Shown: positions 24,243 to 36,738, counted from the first letter of the whole stretch. The stretch is DNA of 63,109 bases, filler included, from Piptocephalis cylindrospora (GCA_003614145.1; 7 parts of 7 records of this genome joined end to end with filler, not necessarily neighbours in it); one strand, 5' to 3'. Numbers and translations: made by a program. The notes: generated from the sequence alone by a model not told the origin.

Positions 24243-24629
24243 TTATTTGGAGGAAGTGTACTTGGTGACGGCCTTGGTGCCCTCAGAGACGGCGTGCTTG
24301 GCAAGCTCACCGGGAAGAAGAAGCCGGACGGCGGTCTGGATCTCGCGGGAGGAGATGGTGGAACGCTTGTTGTAGGCAGCGAGCTTGGAGGCCTCGGCGG
24401 CAATACGCTCAAAGATATCATTGACAAAAGAGTTCATGATGGACATAGCCTTGTTGGAGATACCAGTGTCGGGGTGGACCTGCTTGAGGACCTTGTAGAT
24501 GTAGGTGGAATAGGTCTCCTTACGCTTAGCGCGACGGGTCTTCTTGCCGGTGGCAGACTTGTCAGCGGTCTTAGCGGGACCCTTAGAGCCCATAGTAGCG
24601 GGCTTCTTGTCAGCAACCTTGGGGGCCAT
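24243..24629 (-). CDS. HTB1: Histone H2B
   Basis: [23 protein letters not shown]...[16 protein letters not shown]. Confidence 0.98.
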   Translation of the reverse strand: MAPKVADKKPATMGSKGPAKTADKSATGKKTRRAKRKETYSTYIYKVLKQVHPDTGISNKAMSIMNSFVNDIFERIAAEASKLAAYNKRSTISSREIQTAVRLLLPGELAKHAVSEGTKAVTKYTSSK

Positions 24630-24789
24630 TGTTGTTATTGGGGAAGTTGGGTGGAGAGAAAGAGGGTGCGGGTGTTCCTGAGAAAGGAAAAAGAGGGAAG
24701 ACTGTGTGTCGGTGGGTGAGTGTGGGTGTGTAGAGTTGAAGGAAGGGGGAAGGGAGGAGAGAGTGGGAGAGGGGGTCGTCCAAGTGGCA

Positions 24790-24920
24790 CGAGTACTTAT
24801 AGGATCGGAGCGGATCAAGGCTGTGTGTGCGTTGCTAGTTTTTGACTTGGTAGTTTTGGATCCGCCACAGTGACAACAGACCCACACAAGATCCCGATCC
24901 GACCACACACTATAAATTCA
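24790..24920. promoter_or_regulatory. Bidirectional H2B/H2A promoter with mirrored CACACA-GATCC-GATCC-TATA modules
   Basis: Minus strand CACACAGCCTTGATCCGCTCCGATCCTATAAG; plus strand CACACAAGATCCCGATCCGACCACACACTATAAA. Confidence 0.6.
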
Positions 24921-25109
24921 GCCCTTTGGATTCTCCACTCTCCCTTTCCCCACCCTCCTCTTATCCCTTCCCCGTTCACACTACACACACCACCCAAGTT
25001 TCCCCCCCCCCCCCACTTCTTCAAAGTCCTTTGGAAAAAGCTTTTTCTTTTTCCTCTCTCCCCCAAACACATCCCCTTTTCAACCCACCCCCAAATACCC
25101 ACATCTACA

Positions 25110-25505
25110 ATGGCTGGAGGCAAGGCCGGAGGCAAGTCCACCACCGCTACTTCCGGACGTTCCCGTTCCGCCAAGGCCGGGCTTCAGTTCCCCGTCGGTC
25201 GTTTCCACCGTCATCTCCGTAACGGTAACTACGCTCAGCGTATCGCCGCCGGTGCCCCCGTCTACCTCGCTGCTGTTCTTGAGTACCTCGCTGCTGAGAT
25301 CCTCGAGTTGGCTGGTAACGCTGCCCGTGACAACAAGAAGACCCGTATCATCCCCCGTCATCTTCAGCTTGCCATCCGGAACGACGAGGAGTTGAACAAG
25401 CTCCTGGGTCACGTCACCATCGCCCAGGGTGGTGTTCTCCCCAACATCCACGGCTCCCTCCTCCCCAAGAAGGGCAAGAAGGCCGACCACTCCCAGGAGA
25501 TGTAA
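25110..25505 (+). CDS. HTA1: Histone H2A with C-terminal SQEM (H2A.X-type phosphosite)
   Basis: [14 protein letters not shown]...[23 protein letters not shown]...SQEM. Confidence 0.98.
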   Translation: MAGGKAGGKSTTATSGRSRSAKAGLQFPVGRFHRHLRNGNYAQRIAAGAPVYLAAVLEYLAAEILELAGNAARDNKKTRIIPRHLQLAIRNDEELNKLLGHVTIAQGGVLPNIHGSLLPKKGKKADHSQEM

Positions 25506-26619
25506 GAAGGCTTTCTCTTACGAGTTGCCTCCACATTGCAAGGCGAGGACTGAGGCATGGTGATATAATGATGAAGGGATCCTGGAGTGCATGGAAAGGG
25601 CAAGCTTTTATTCTTGCTTCTTCCTCCCCTCCCCCCTTTTGCCCAACATATCGCCCCTCCTTCCCTTGGCTGCTCTCATTCCCTCTCCCTATGGATCGTC
25701 CTCTTCTTTATCGTTGTACCATTTGCCTCACCTGCATCTCGAAATATACTCGATTTCAACTGTGCAGTACACAAGTTTTTTCCATTTTTTTTCGGGTATG
25801 GGGATGTGATAGGGAGTGACAGAGTATAATTATCAATCATCATCATCTATGCCATAGGAGCAAATGAGAGAGGTCATATCATCCTGTGTGTGGAGAGGAG
25901 GAATGGATTCTAGGATCTAGGCGAGGGCTGCATCTGTAGCTTGACATCGATGACAGGGGTGGTGGCGAAGCAAGGCATGCTACTACTGTGGTCACTGTTG
26001 CTGCTACGAGTGCATTGTGATCCTCCCTCAAAAGCCAATGGATCTAAAGGACAGATTTAGGATCCAGCTGTTTAGCCGCCTACTGGGCTAGGACTGAGGA
26101 AGTGGATCAACCCTAGGCATCCACACAATACGCGCACAGAGGAAGAGGAGAAAGGTGAGATAGAATGATCGATCCAAGTAGGTATGCTCGATCCGAGCAA
26201 TTAAGCCCAATTCAAAATGGAAAAGGTCTTCTTTATCGGGGGATCCTGGTATTCTTCTTGTTCTTTGTAAGTAGGCGAGACAGAATGATGGATCATCATG
26301 ATAAGTAGAAATGCATTGTACTTTTAAACTGACCAAAGTATTTATACCAGTCATAAAAATTACTGCGTAAGCTAAGTGGTATATAGTATCAACACTAGTA
26401 TATAAAGAAGTAATCAGGACATTGGCAATAAAATGGATGAAAAGAGGAGTATATTAGTTAAAGGTAAATAGATCCATTATAACCTTATAGTTTTCTCGGT
26501 GGTGTAGAACATAATTATCCTCCTACTCTTCGGCTTGCAAGGGTACAGATTAATTTGATACTGCTAATGTTTTTTTAAGGATATTATATTATATAAGGCC
26601 ATAATTTATGATAAACCCA

Positions 26620-26691
26620 TCGGTGATAGTATAGTGGTGAGTATCCCCGCCTGTCACGCGGGAGACCGGGGTTCAATTCCCCGTCACCGAG
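26620..26691 (+). tRNA. tRNA-Asp (anticodon GTC), intronless
   Basis: Acceptor TCGGTGA/TCACCGA, D-arm, anticodon arm CCCGC-CTGTCAC-GCGGG, T-arm CGGGG-TTCAATT-CCCCG; followed by a T6 Pol III terminator at 26695-26700. Confidence 0.97.
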
Positions 26692-27031
26692 CTCTTTTTT
26701 AGCCCGAATAACGCCTGTGCTGTGCATGTAGGGGAGAGGAATACAAATCCTTTACTCTAGCATAGGCTTCCTCAGAGAATTTCATATGATCTAATGCTTT
26801 TCACGCTTCTCTCATGGACTCTACTTCTCTTGAGCCCATTTTAATCACCCTTGACTTACGATGCAAGTAATGATGGCCAATTAAGACACTGAGCTATAGA
26901 AGAGTGATCTCAATCCATTGACCTATCTTTGCTCGTTCCATTACAAAGAGATAACTAGTCATTCCTCTCTCCCCCTCCCCCCCTCCTTCCTCTTGGATAG
27001 CCTATCCATACATCTCAAATAATGGATAATG

Positions 27032-27131
27032 NNNNNNNNNNNNNNNNNNNNNNNNNNNNNNNNNNNNNNNNNNNNTTAATTAATTAANNNNNNNNNNNNN
27101 NNNNNNNNNNNNNNNNNNNNNNNNNNNNNNN
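27032..27131. other. Artificial contig linker
   Basis: N44-TTAATTAATTAA-N44. Confidence 0.99.
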
Positions 27132-29485
27132 TCATGGGACTGTGTCTCGATATGCATATAAGAAAAGAGGAGGGGATAGTGTGAGGTATCTCCTGTAACA
27201 GCAATGGCAGCACCTCGCAACAGACAAAAGGGATAAGGGAGCATCTGTCAAAGAAGTCGCGGATGTTGCACCGAAACTGCAGTATCACTCTCACCCGAGT
27301 GCCCATCTGCCATGCCCATGTTGCTCATTGGTACAACCTCCTTGGGTGTATACTCTGATCCCTTGAATTGTCGATCCTCCTGGGGGATCAAGGGTCTGGC
27401 ACGTTCAGAGTGGTAATGTCTCATCAGGCATTGGTGTCCGTTCCAACGCTAGCATTTCTCAGAGGATTCAGGGATGCTAAACTCCGCCATTGTGAACCTC
27501 CTCGTCCTATCAACATAGATATGGCCATTGCTAAATGCCCATCTCTTGCGAAGCGTGGCTGCTGAGTATGTAGTTCTATGTTTCATTCCCAGTGAGAACA
27601 AGAGAGCATGAGAAAAAGACGACTGATGGGAGCATACGGAAGGAGGTGAGATCGGAGATTGTGGATTGTCAAGGTAGAACGGATGGGTAGGTCACTTACC
27701 TCAAAAGCCAAACCATCAATATATACAGAAACTGAGGAGAGGTCACTGAAAGATGAGCTTACTCTGCATCTTTCTACCCCATTCACTCCTTTACCGCCAT
27801 GAAATTCCATGGCAGGTATGTGACGCATCCGTCATCTTTACATATTTTCCTTCCCCGTCTCCACGAACCACATGCGACATGGGAATGGGATGGTATAAAC
27901 TGTATACGGCTCAGTGCAAATCCCATCTTCTTGCCTACAACAGTAAAATGCATTTCCTGCAATGGTACAGTTCATGGTAATGAATTAACTAACATAGATG
28001 CGGTAGTACTCCTAAAAAGTGTACCAGCGGATCTGTATTATTTACTTTAACATCATGCTGTTGTTGTTGAAACCATTTTATTTTCTCTAGTGGGGTGGGC
28101 GTTAAGAGCATCCGAACACATAAACCTGCCTCATTCGGCCGGCCTATGTGGCACCAGAAACAATGTTCCCGAAGTCTGCCCTGTGCTGTAATTTTTTGAA
28201 TGAACACTACAGAAAGCCATTAGCGCACCCCCTCCCGGGGTAGATGACCATGGAATCCACAAGGAAGATGGTAGCCAGCAGTGGAGACGGTGCCATTGGG
28301 GTTCTTGAACTTGACCTAGTGCAAGGGAGGGATAGCACGCTCGGAGTCGAACCTAAAGGAAGAAGATTAAACGACTAGGCTACGGGAAGTATATTAAACC
28401 TAATATCCTAGTCGGATTCACATTTTGGTGTATTTATCGAGATATTCTACGGATTGTGTCAAGTTCATCCGAGACTACGCTCAGACCTGATTTAAAGTAC
28501 GAATTACGGATGTTGCTTCGGATGCTGATGAGGGCCAAGAGGAGGACGGCCATTGAAAGGGGAACGATGGAGAAATGAGAGGAGAAGTGGGGGAGGTTTC
28601 AGGAGAGGATAGGAGGGATCGGAAGATCCATGGAGGAAGCGACGATTTTGTGAAATTTGTGAATCTTTTTTGAAATGAATCTGTGATGATCTTTAGAAAA
28701 AAGAGAAGATTGTAATTTTCCCAATACATTTCGCTGTTTACTACTACTGCTACATACCATATGAAGCAAAATTACAAGCATATTGGAATATACACCTCAG
28801 TTTTAGGCATTAAAAACCAAGGCTCGCAATGATTTTTCATCTTAGTAACTCACACTGCTACATGCTAGTAATAGGACCTAGAACCATCCTAAGATTCATA
28901 GGGGTAAGTAGAGAGTAGAGGAGCTACAGGTAAAAATAATATGAGTTGATGATGATAAAACCATTTTATTTCCCCGATGGGGTAGGCATATGGGCCTCCG
29001 AACGCAGCACTGCCCATTAGACTGGCTTGCATGTCATCGGGAAGTAGCATGAGTTATATTTTAAGGAAAAATGAAGAATATTTATTTCTATACTTTGAGT
29101 ATCTTGGAATCTATAAATATACAACTTATTCTGTTCTATTTTACTCCATATTCATCTACTTGCCAACGATCGAATTCGTGGCGATCAAGTAATTATTTCG
29201 ATTTCCAAACCTCATATTGCATTTGATTTCCTGATTGTGGGGCCATCAACTCGATAGGAGCTAAGGTCCACTGGAATCTTCGCCTTCCTAATACACTAGA
29301 CATGTAAAAGGAGAAGTGGGCAGGAGAGATCTTTATTCCACAGCCGTAACCTCTCCTCATACAAACACAACGCCACCCATCCCAGAGTCTGGCGCCAGTC
29401 TAGTGCCGGTCTCCATAGGGATGACCAAAGGTCATCGCACTGATGCTGAAGGACTTATCTGTATGCCTCCCTGGCATTAACATGG
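27132..29485. repeat. Left arm of a 2354-bp inverted repeat (partner 33706-36059)
   Basis: Ends are exact reverse complements; all ORFs in the track mirror with coordinate sum 63191 and identical translations. Confidence 0.97.
28405..28753 (+). mobile_element. Copy of the LINE-like 3' remnant (left IR arm)
   Basis: ILVGFTFWCIYRDILRIV...RGTMEK*EEKWG, then TCGCTGTTTACTACTACTGCTAC. Confidence 0.55.
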
Positions 29486-31386
29486 CCTACGTCAACTTGA
29501 CCAAGCCCCTTGTCGGCGCCATCTACATGGGCGAGGTCTACTCGGTCCAATCCGTCATGCATCGACTTACTCAGGAATGTCAACTGAGTAAAGCCCATGT
29601 CCTAGAGGAGAGTAAGTCCCTCCCTCCCCCACGCACCATGAACCCCCCGTATCCTCTCCCCCCCCCCGTCTCACCCCCTCCCTCCCTTTCCCCCTCTCTC
29701 CTAGTGGTAAAAAGGTGCAAAAAGGCCGATGAGGAGGATGAAGTCTTGGCCACTCGACTGACCCTCTCATTAAAGTGCCCCTTGGGCTTCAATCGTATTC
29801 GTGTCCCCGTTCGATCCAAGATCTGTCGTCACTCCCAATGCTGGGATGCCCTGAATTACCTCGAGCTCAATGCCCAGACCCCGACCTGGCAATGTCCACA
29901 TTGTGAGAAGTTCCTCCCGGAAAGGTCTCTTTCTGACCTTCTCATCGACGGTTACTTCACTAGTCTCCTCCAATCCACCCCCGAGTCCATGGAGAGTGTC
30001 GTCATCTCTGAGGAGGATGGCTCCGTCCTGGATATCCCGATTCCCGGCTTGATCAAACCATCCGTCCCCTCTCCCTCCTCCTCCCCCTCCTCCTCCCCAT
30101 TGACCCCTGGGGAGGGTCGTGTCGCCTCTCCCCTTGGTATCAGGGCAAAGGGAAGGAGAAGTCAGCGCGCCATCTCCCCCTACGAAAGGTCCCCCCTACT
30201 CTCTCACCGTGAGGGACAGGAGGAGGCAAGGGTCTTTCCCGGATCCGATGGGATCATCCGACGGTCCAGAACCCCTACAGGCAGTAATCACCCTCATTCT
30301 TCTGGTCTACCCATGGCACGTACTGCGAGTGGGGGTCTTGGAAGGGGTCAACGAGAGGCCGGAGTACCTTCACTTCGAGCCACCTCTCCCTCTACCCAGG
30401 CACGATCCCCCTTGGAGCAGACCCACACCCCTCCTGACGCAAGTAGCGCCTCTTCATGCCCCTCCTCCCCGGTCATCATTGATTTGACCCTATCCTCCGA
30501 TGAGGATGAGGTCATGACCTTCCGGAACAATGTCCACATCAAAGAAGAAGGGACAACGGATAGGATCCGAGTGAACCCCCCTCTCTCCCCACATTCTCAT
30601 GGCCCCCTGCCCTCCCCTTCCCCCATCCCCTTGGCCACCCCTGCTACAACCACCCAGAGCCTAGGACCCCACCATGCCCCCCATGCCCCCACCGTTCACT
30701 CCTCCCATCTTGGCCCCACAGGTCCATCCTACTCCCTTCCCCCTCCTTACCCTACTCCGCGCTCCTCCGATCCTCATTTTGCCTTGAGACAACACTCTTC
30801 TTCTACCCTGGCCCAGGAACCTCCCATGGAAACTCCTAAAGCCATCGCCATCCCCAAGGCCCTTTCTTATCCTCAGCCCACCCCCATCCCTATCCATCCT
30901 CCTCATCCCTCCCTAGCCAGTGGGTATCATGAAGCTCATCCTCTTCCACCTCACCCTCACTCCCATTCTCACCCCCACCCCCATCCCCATCCATCCCAAT
31001 ATCCTCCTGGTCCATCAGTCTATCCGAATCATTATGGACCAGCCTATCCCGTTGAAGCCGTCATGACCTATGGATCCGAATCTCATCTCCCTTATCCCAC
31101 AGGTCCTCATTCCTATGCTGCAGCCGAATACCCTCCTGGACCAGTCGCGTACTCCTCTCAGCCTCACTCTTCCTATGGCCTTTCCCACTCTCCCTATGAA
31201 TCATCACATCCTTCTTTTGGGCTCTCTCATCCTTCATTTGCATCATCTTACCCCCATCACGGTACTTCCCATCCTGGGTATGACGAGACCCGTCCAACCT
31301 CATGGGCTTCCCCTTCCGATATCTATCCTCCCTCTTCGGGACAGCCCACGACCAGGACAAGCCATCCCCCCTACTACCCTGAATGA
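29482..31386 (+). CDS. SIZ1: Siz/PIAS SUMO E3 ligase, 5'-truncated at the IR junction (SAP and most of PINIT absent)
   Basis: SP-RING LSLKCPLGFNRIRVPVRSKICRHSQCWDA...PTWQCPHC; SIM VIIDLTLSSDEDE; in-frame GTAAGT...CTAG intron at ~29612-29704. Confidence 0.85.
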   Translation: MAYVNLTKPLVGAIYMGEVYSVQSVMHRLTQECQLSKAHVLEESKSLPPPRTMNPPYPLPPPVSPPPSLSPSLLVVKRCKKADEEDEVLATRLTLSLKCPLGFNRIRVPVRSKICRHSQCWDALNYLELNAQTPTWQCPHCEKFLPERSLSDLLIDGYFTSLLQSTPESMESVVISEEDGSVLDIPIPGLIKPSVPSPSSSPSSSPLTPGEGRVASPLGIRAKGRRSQRAISPYERSPLLSHREGQEEARVFPGSDGIIRRSRTPTGSNHPHSSGLPMARTASGGLGRGQREAGVPSLRATSPSTQARSPLEQTHTPPDASSASSCPSSPVIIDLTLSSDEDEVMTFRNNVHIKEEGTTDRIRVNPPLSPHSHGPLPSPSPIPLATPATTTQSLGPHHAPHAPTVHSSHLGPTGPSYSLPPPYPTPRSSDPHFALRQHSSSTLAQEPPMETPKAIAIPKALSYPQPTPIPIHPPHPSLASGYHEAHPLPPHPHSHSHPHPHPHPSQYPPGPSVYPNHYGPAYPVEAVMTYGSESHLPYPTGPHSYAAAEYPPGPVAYSSQPHSSYGLSHSPYESSHPSFGLSHPSFASSYPHHGTSHPGYDETRPTSWASPSDIYPPSSGQPTTRTSHPPYYPE

Positions 31387-31760
31387 TCATTGAGTTATTC
31401 GGGATGAGGAAGGGATGAAGAAATGCAAGATGGGTCGAGGTGAGTCAATGCCGAAGGTGAGTGAAGAGGCGAATACCGTCAATGGAGAAAAGGCCAACGG
31501 ATCCTCGCTCTTTTTATACTCTAGAATGAGATTTGTTTGTGTGTGGTGTGTCGCTAACACGCGTCGCGATGTGGACGCGTGCATGTGTGAAAATAGGCAT
31601 ACCTCTATGAATAACAGCACTGTCTGCATACACTCTGTGTCTATACATCCAGTCAGCATGGCTTAGATAATCACCATCCCTATATTTAGGATACATTAGC
31701 CCATCAAAATAAGAACTAAGAAAGGAAAGACACAGTGGATGAATGGAAGCAACCATCCTC

Positions 31761-32942
31761 TTATACACCATGAGCAAGCGAGGGGGAAGAAGGTGTAGGA
31801 GCACGAGAAGAAGACTCTGGGGATGACACTGAAGGAACATGTAAGGAAGGCGCCGTGGATGGCACCAAGGGGGTATGAGAAGGAGGCTCTGGAGACGAAA
31901 TGGATAGGGCACAGGAGGGAGACTCTGGGGAAGATACCGAGGAGACATGAGGAGACTCTATATAAGGAGGAGATGCACGAATGGGCTCCGGAGAGGTTGT
32001 ACCTCCCGTCTGAGCATAGCCTTGAGGTGATGGAGCAGCGGAGGGGGGATGAGTGCATTCATCATACCCTGGAGGGGCCTCTTCAGGTGCTGAAAGGGGA
32101 GATGTGGATGGATAACCCGCCTGAGCGGACAAAGGGCTAGTTGTGAGGATTGAGGGAGAAGGAAGAGGAGGATGTTCGGATCGACCACCTGAGTTGATAG
32201 AGGAACGCCTGGGCGGTTGAGGAAGAGCTCCTGTCGGGCCTGAGGGCGCAATGGGTGTTGCGGGGCCAGGAGGATGGGTTGCGTTAGGCATAGGATCTGA
32301 AGCGGTCGTCCCATTCGGTTCATCTGGACCCGCCGAGGCAGATGGGTGATACTGAGGGAGAGGTTCATTGGATGTAGGAAACTCGCCAGTCTCTTGCATT
32401 CTATCATGGAATTGCCGTAAAAGAGTGCTGAATTCAAAGGCCCCTCCTTCATGAAAGTAAAATTTGGTTTCGGAAGGCAGCTTAATGCCTCCTCCGTAGA
32501 CCTATGGAGATAGGTCATGAAATGAGCGAGTGTCACCAAGAGGGATCAGAGAGTAGATACTTACGGGATAGACCACACACGAATAATGATTTACTCCAAA
32601 CCATGGTTGGGCAAGACGACCCTGCTGGGCATGGTTGAGAGGAACGGTGAGGGACTGAAAGTGAGGCTGGGCCGGGGTGGGAATGTAGACGATGCGACGG
32701 TTGGTCAGATGGAGGGTACCAGTCTTTGCGGAGAAGGAACCACTATTCCCTGGATATCCACTAGGGAAGGGGAAGAAAAAAGAATGAGATATGAGATGAG
32801 TTAGGGGGACTCACTTAAACCGATCTTACCCTCCCCAGGCTAGATCTAGACGAACCCCCTTCTGGTCGAAGAAGAACTGCTCTCCAGGTAAAGGCGTAAA
32901 GTTACGGGTACCGGGAGTGAAGGTGATCCAGTTGATGGACAT
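31761..32942 (-). CDS. WW-domain-binding protein 2 (WBP2/PAWP)-like: GRAM/PH-like N-terminus plus PPxY tail, 3 exons
   Basis: MSINWITF...FTPLPGEQF, QPWFGVNHY and a Pro-rich tail with EAPPGY; GT-AG introns near 32830 and 32563. Confidence 0.75.
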
Positions 32943-33705
32943 TGAGGAGAAGAGGATGCTGTTGGATGAAGTAGTGAGGAGAGGAAAAGGAAGAAGATTG
33001 AAAGGATGCACTTTGCGCGCCACCCCAGCTGCAAGGAATATAGAATATACAGGGGAGCAAGAACAGGACCACAACCCAAGTCGGCCCGTCACACATCACA
33101 GCAGAGAGGCTGAATGGTGAATGGGCGGGGGATGTCGGGTGGGGGCGGACAAGCAAATGACGAGCCCAAGGATATATTTAGACGTCCTGGAACTACTAGA
33201 CATGAAATACACCTCGACAATCTCAAGATATGGAGAGCTGAAAGTGAACTGTTTGCATACTTATATTCCAGTTAGAGAATACTTGGCACGATGATACGGT
33301 GCAAAGCAATAGTATACACACATTAAGATCGAGCGAGCTCCATAATCTCATTTCAGAGCGAGTGCCTTGTTCGGTAAGGATGAGGAGAGAAGAGGACAAT
33401 GTATTGCGTAGCTTTTTCCAACACATCCCCCAGAGCGAAAGAGGATCCCCCCCGGCAGCAACGCCAACTCTGCTAGGCGGGTTGATAAGGTAAAAGGTTT
33501 TCTGAAGGCAAAGCTTGAAATCAAAGTCAGGAAGTCAGAAGGAGAGAAAATGACTGAGATGTGAAGGGTTCCCGACGATTAAATTCGTGATTTTGGGTAG
33601 GGCGATAGCCTTCTTAACTATTAAGTCATCCGCCCTCCCTCGACAAGGACGATATAGTCTTGTGGTACCAGACAATATAGGGTTTATGATCGGATGAGAG
33701 ATAGC

Positions 33706-36059
33706 CCATGTTAATGCCAGGGAGGCATACAGATAAGTCCTTCAGCATCAGTGCGATGACCTTTGGTCATCCCTATGGAGACCGGCACTAGACTGGCGCC
33801 AGACTCTGGGATGGGTGGCGTTGTGTTTGTATGAGGAGAGGTTACGGCTGTGGAATAAAGATCTCTCCTGCCCACTTCTCCTTTTACATGTCTAGTGTAT
33901 TAGGAAGGCGAAGATTCCAGTGGACCTTAGCTCCTATCGAGTTGATGGCCCCACAATCAGGAAATCAAATGCAATATGAGGTTTGGAAATCGAAATAATT
34001 ACTTGATCGCCACGAATTCGATCGTTGGCAAGTAGATGAATATGGAGTAAAATAGAACAGAATAAGTTGTATATTTATAGATTCCAAGATACTCAAAGTA
34101 TAGAAATAAATATTCTTCATTTTTCCTTAAAATATAACTCATGCTACTTCCCGATGACATGCAAGCCAGTCTAATGGGCAGTGCTGCGTTCGGAGGCCCA
34201 TATGCCTACCCCATCGGGGAAATAAAATGGTTTTATCATCATCAACTCATATTATTTTTACCTGTAGCTCCTCTACTCTCTACTTACCCCTATGAATCTT
34301 AGGATGGTTCTAGGTCCTATTACTAGCATGTAGCAGTGTGAGTTACTAAGATGAAAAATCATTGCGAGCCTTGGTTTTTAATGCCTAAAACTGAGGTGTA
34401 TATTCCAATATGCTTGTAATTTTGCTTCATATGGTATGTAGCAGTAGTAGTAAACAGCGAAATGTATTGGGAAAATTACAATCTTCTCTTTTTTCTAAAG
34501 ATCATCACAGATTCATTTCAAAAAAGATTCACAAATTTCACAAAATCGTCGCTTCCTCCATGGATCTTCCGATCCCTCCTATCCTCTCCTGAAACCTCCC
34601 CCACTTCTCCTCTCATTTCTCCATCGTTCCCCTTTCAATGGCCGTCCTCCTCTTGGCCCTCATCAGCATCCGAAGCAACATCCGTAATTCGTACTTTAAA
34701 TCAGGTCTGAGCGTAGTCTCGGATGAACTTGACACAATCCGTAGAATATCTCGATAAATACACCAAAATGTGAATCCGACTAGGATATTAGGTTTAATAT
34801 ACTTCCCGTAGCCTAGTCGTTTAATCTTCTTCCTTTAGGTTCGACTCCGAGCGTGCTATCCCTCCCTTGCACTAGGTCAAGTTCAAGAACCCCAATGGCA
34901 CCGTCTCCACTGCTGGCTACCATCTTCCTTGTGGATTCCATGGTCATCTACCCCGGGAGGGGGTGCGCTAATGGCTTTCTGTAGTGTTCATTCAAAAAAT
35001 TACAGCACAGGGCAGACTTCGGGAACATTGTTTCTGGTGCCACATAGGCCGGCCGAATGAGGCAGGTTTATGTGTTCGGATGCTCTTAACGCCCACCCCA
35101 CTAGAGAAAATAAAATGGTTTCAACAACAACAGCATGATGTTAAAGTAAATAATACAGATCCGCTGGTACACTTTTTAGGAGTACTACCGCATCTATGTT
35201 AGTTAATTCATTACCATGAACTGTACCATTGCAGGAAATGCATTTTACTGTTGTAGGCAAGAAGATGGGATTTGCACTGAGCCGTATACAGTTTATACCA
35301 TCCCATTCCCATGTCGCATGTGGTTCGTGGAGACGGGGAAGGAAAATATGTAAAGATGACGGATGCGTCACATACCTGCCATGGAATTTCATGGCGGTAA
35401 AGGAGTGAATGGGGTAGAAAGATGCAGAGTAAGCTCATCTTTCAGTGACCTCTCCTCAGTTTCTGTATATATTGATGGTTTGGCTTTTGAGGTAAGTGAC
35501 CTACCCATCCGTTCTACCTTGACAATCCACAATCTCCGATCTCACCTCCTTCCGTATGCTCCCATCAGTCGTCTTTTTCTCATGCTCTCTTGTTCTCACT
35601 GGGAATGAAACATAGAACTACATACTCAGCAGCCACGCTTCGCAAGAGATGGGCATTTAGCAATGGCCATATCTATGTTGATAGGACGAGGAGGTTCACA
35701 ATGGCGGAGTTTAGCATCCCTGAATCCTCTGAGAAATGCTAGCGTTGGAACGGACACCAATGCCTGATGAGACATTACCACTCTGAACGTGCCAGACCCT
35801 TGATCCCCCAGGAGGATCGACAATTCAAGGGATCAGAGTATACACCCAAGGAGGTTGTACCAATGAGCAACATGGGCATGGCAGATGGGCACTCGGGTGA
35901 GAGTGATACTGCAGTTTCGGTGCAACATCCGCGACTTCTTTGACAGATGCTCCCTTATCCCTTTTGTCTGTTGCGAGGTGCTGCCATTGCTGTTACAGGA
36001 GATACCTCACACTATCCCCTCCTCTTTTCTTATATGCATATCGAGACACAGTCCCATGA
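33706..36059. repeat. Right arm of the 2354-bp inverted repeat
   Basis: Reverse complement of 27132-29485. Confidence 0.97.
34438..34786 (-). mobile_element. Copy of the LINE-like 3' remnant (right IR arm)
   Basis: Mirror of 28405-28753; aligns directly with 21191-21545. Confidence 0.55.
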
Positions 36060-36159
36060 NNNNNNNNNNNNNNNNNNNNNNNNNNNNNNNNNNNNNNNNN
36101 NNNTTAATTAATTAANNNNNNNNNNNNNNNNNNNNNNNNNNNNNNNNNNNNNNNNNNNN
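36060..36159. other. Artificial contig linker
   Basis: N44-TTAATTAATTAA-N44. Confidence 0.99.
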
Positions 36160-36738
36160 AGCGTGATCAGTTCACTGTGACCTTTCTAAATACATATCCA
36201 CTTGTACTAGACATTATAGGGATTGCCCCCTAAACTGGATATGCTGTTGGACCATCAGATAATGAGCTATGGGGCATGCCCATAGTGCCGTCATGCGATG
36301 CGCTGCTAGCGTTTATGTTGAACGATAGTGCCTCGCGAAAAGCACATGGCGCTTTCAGCTCTCGCAAGATAGACAAATATGCACGATGAGCATCCCAGTC
36401 CGTCAGAGAACATTTCTGGGCGAACTAAGGATCATCGAGAAGAAAATGTAACTGGGCAGAGTAAGCGGTCCATCCCAATGAGTGGAATGCTGGGCTTCTC
36501 AAGACTTATTCCTCCCTTCCTCCCACCGTTTTATCGAGAGCAGCCCTCGGACATGTGGCAAATTCATCCTCCTTCATGAACCAACTGTATAAAGCCCATA
36601 TCTTCCTTCCCCTTTTTCCATTACATTTCATTCCCTTTCTGTGTCTACTTCTGCCTCATACGATCCTCACCCCTTTCCTAAGCCATCCCCAATCCTGCTA
36701 CGAACTACTTTCCGTATGCCCTCCTCCATTGACGCACC

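Noticed and set aside
25502..25521. Hairpin at the H2A stop as a histone stem-loop
   Set aside because: Does not fit the 6-bp stem, 4-nt loop metazoan consensus
27132..36059. Linear plasmid, Polinton or autonomous TIR transposon
   Set aside because: No DNA polymerase B, integrase, transposase or capsid ORF; the interior is ordinary intron-containing host genes
34860..36059. Broken reading frames in the IR arm as a hidden gene
   Set aside because: Multiple stops and no recognisable motif; at most an unidentifiable decayed sequence (likewise 26088-26354 and 54450-54790)
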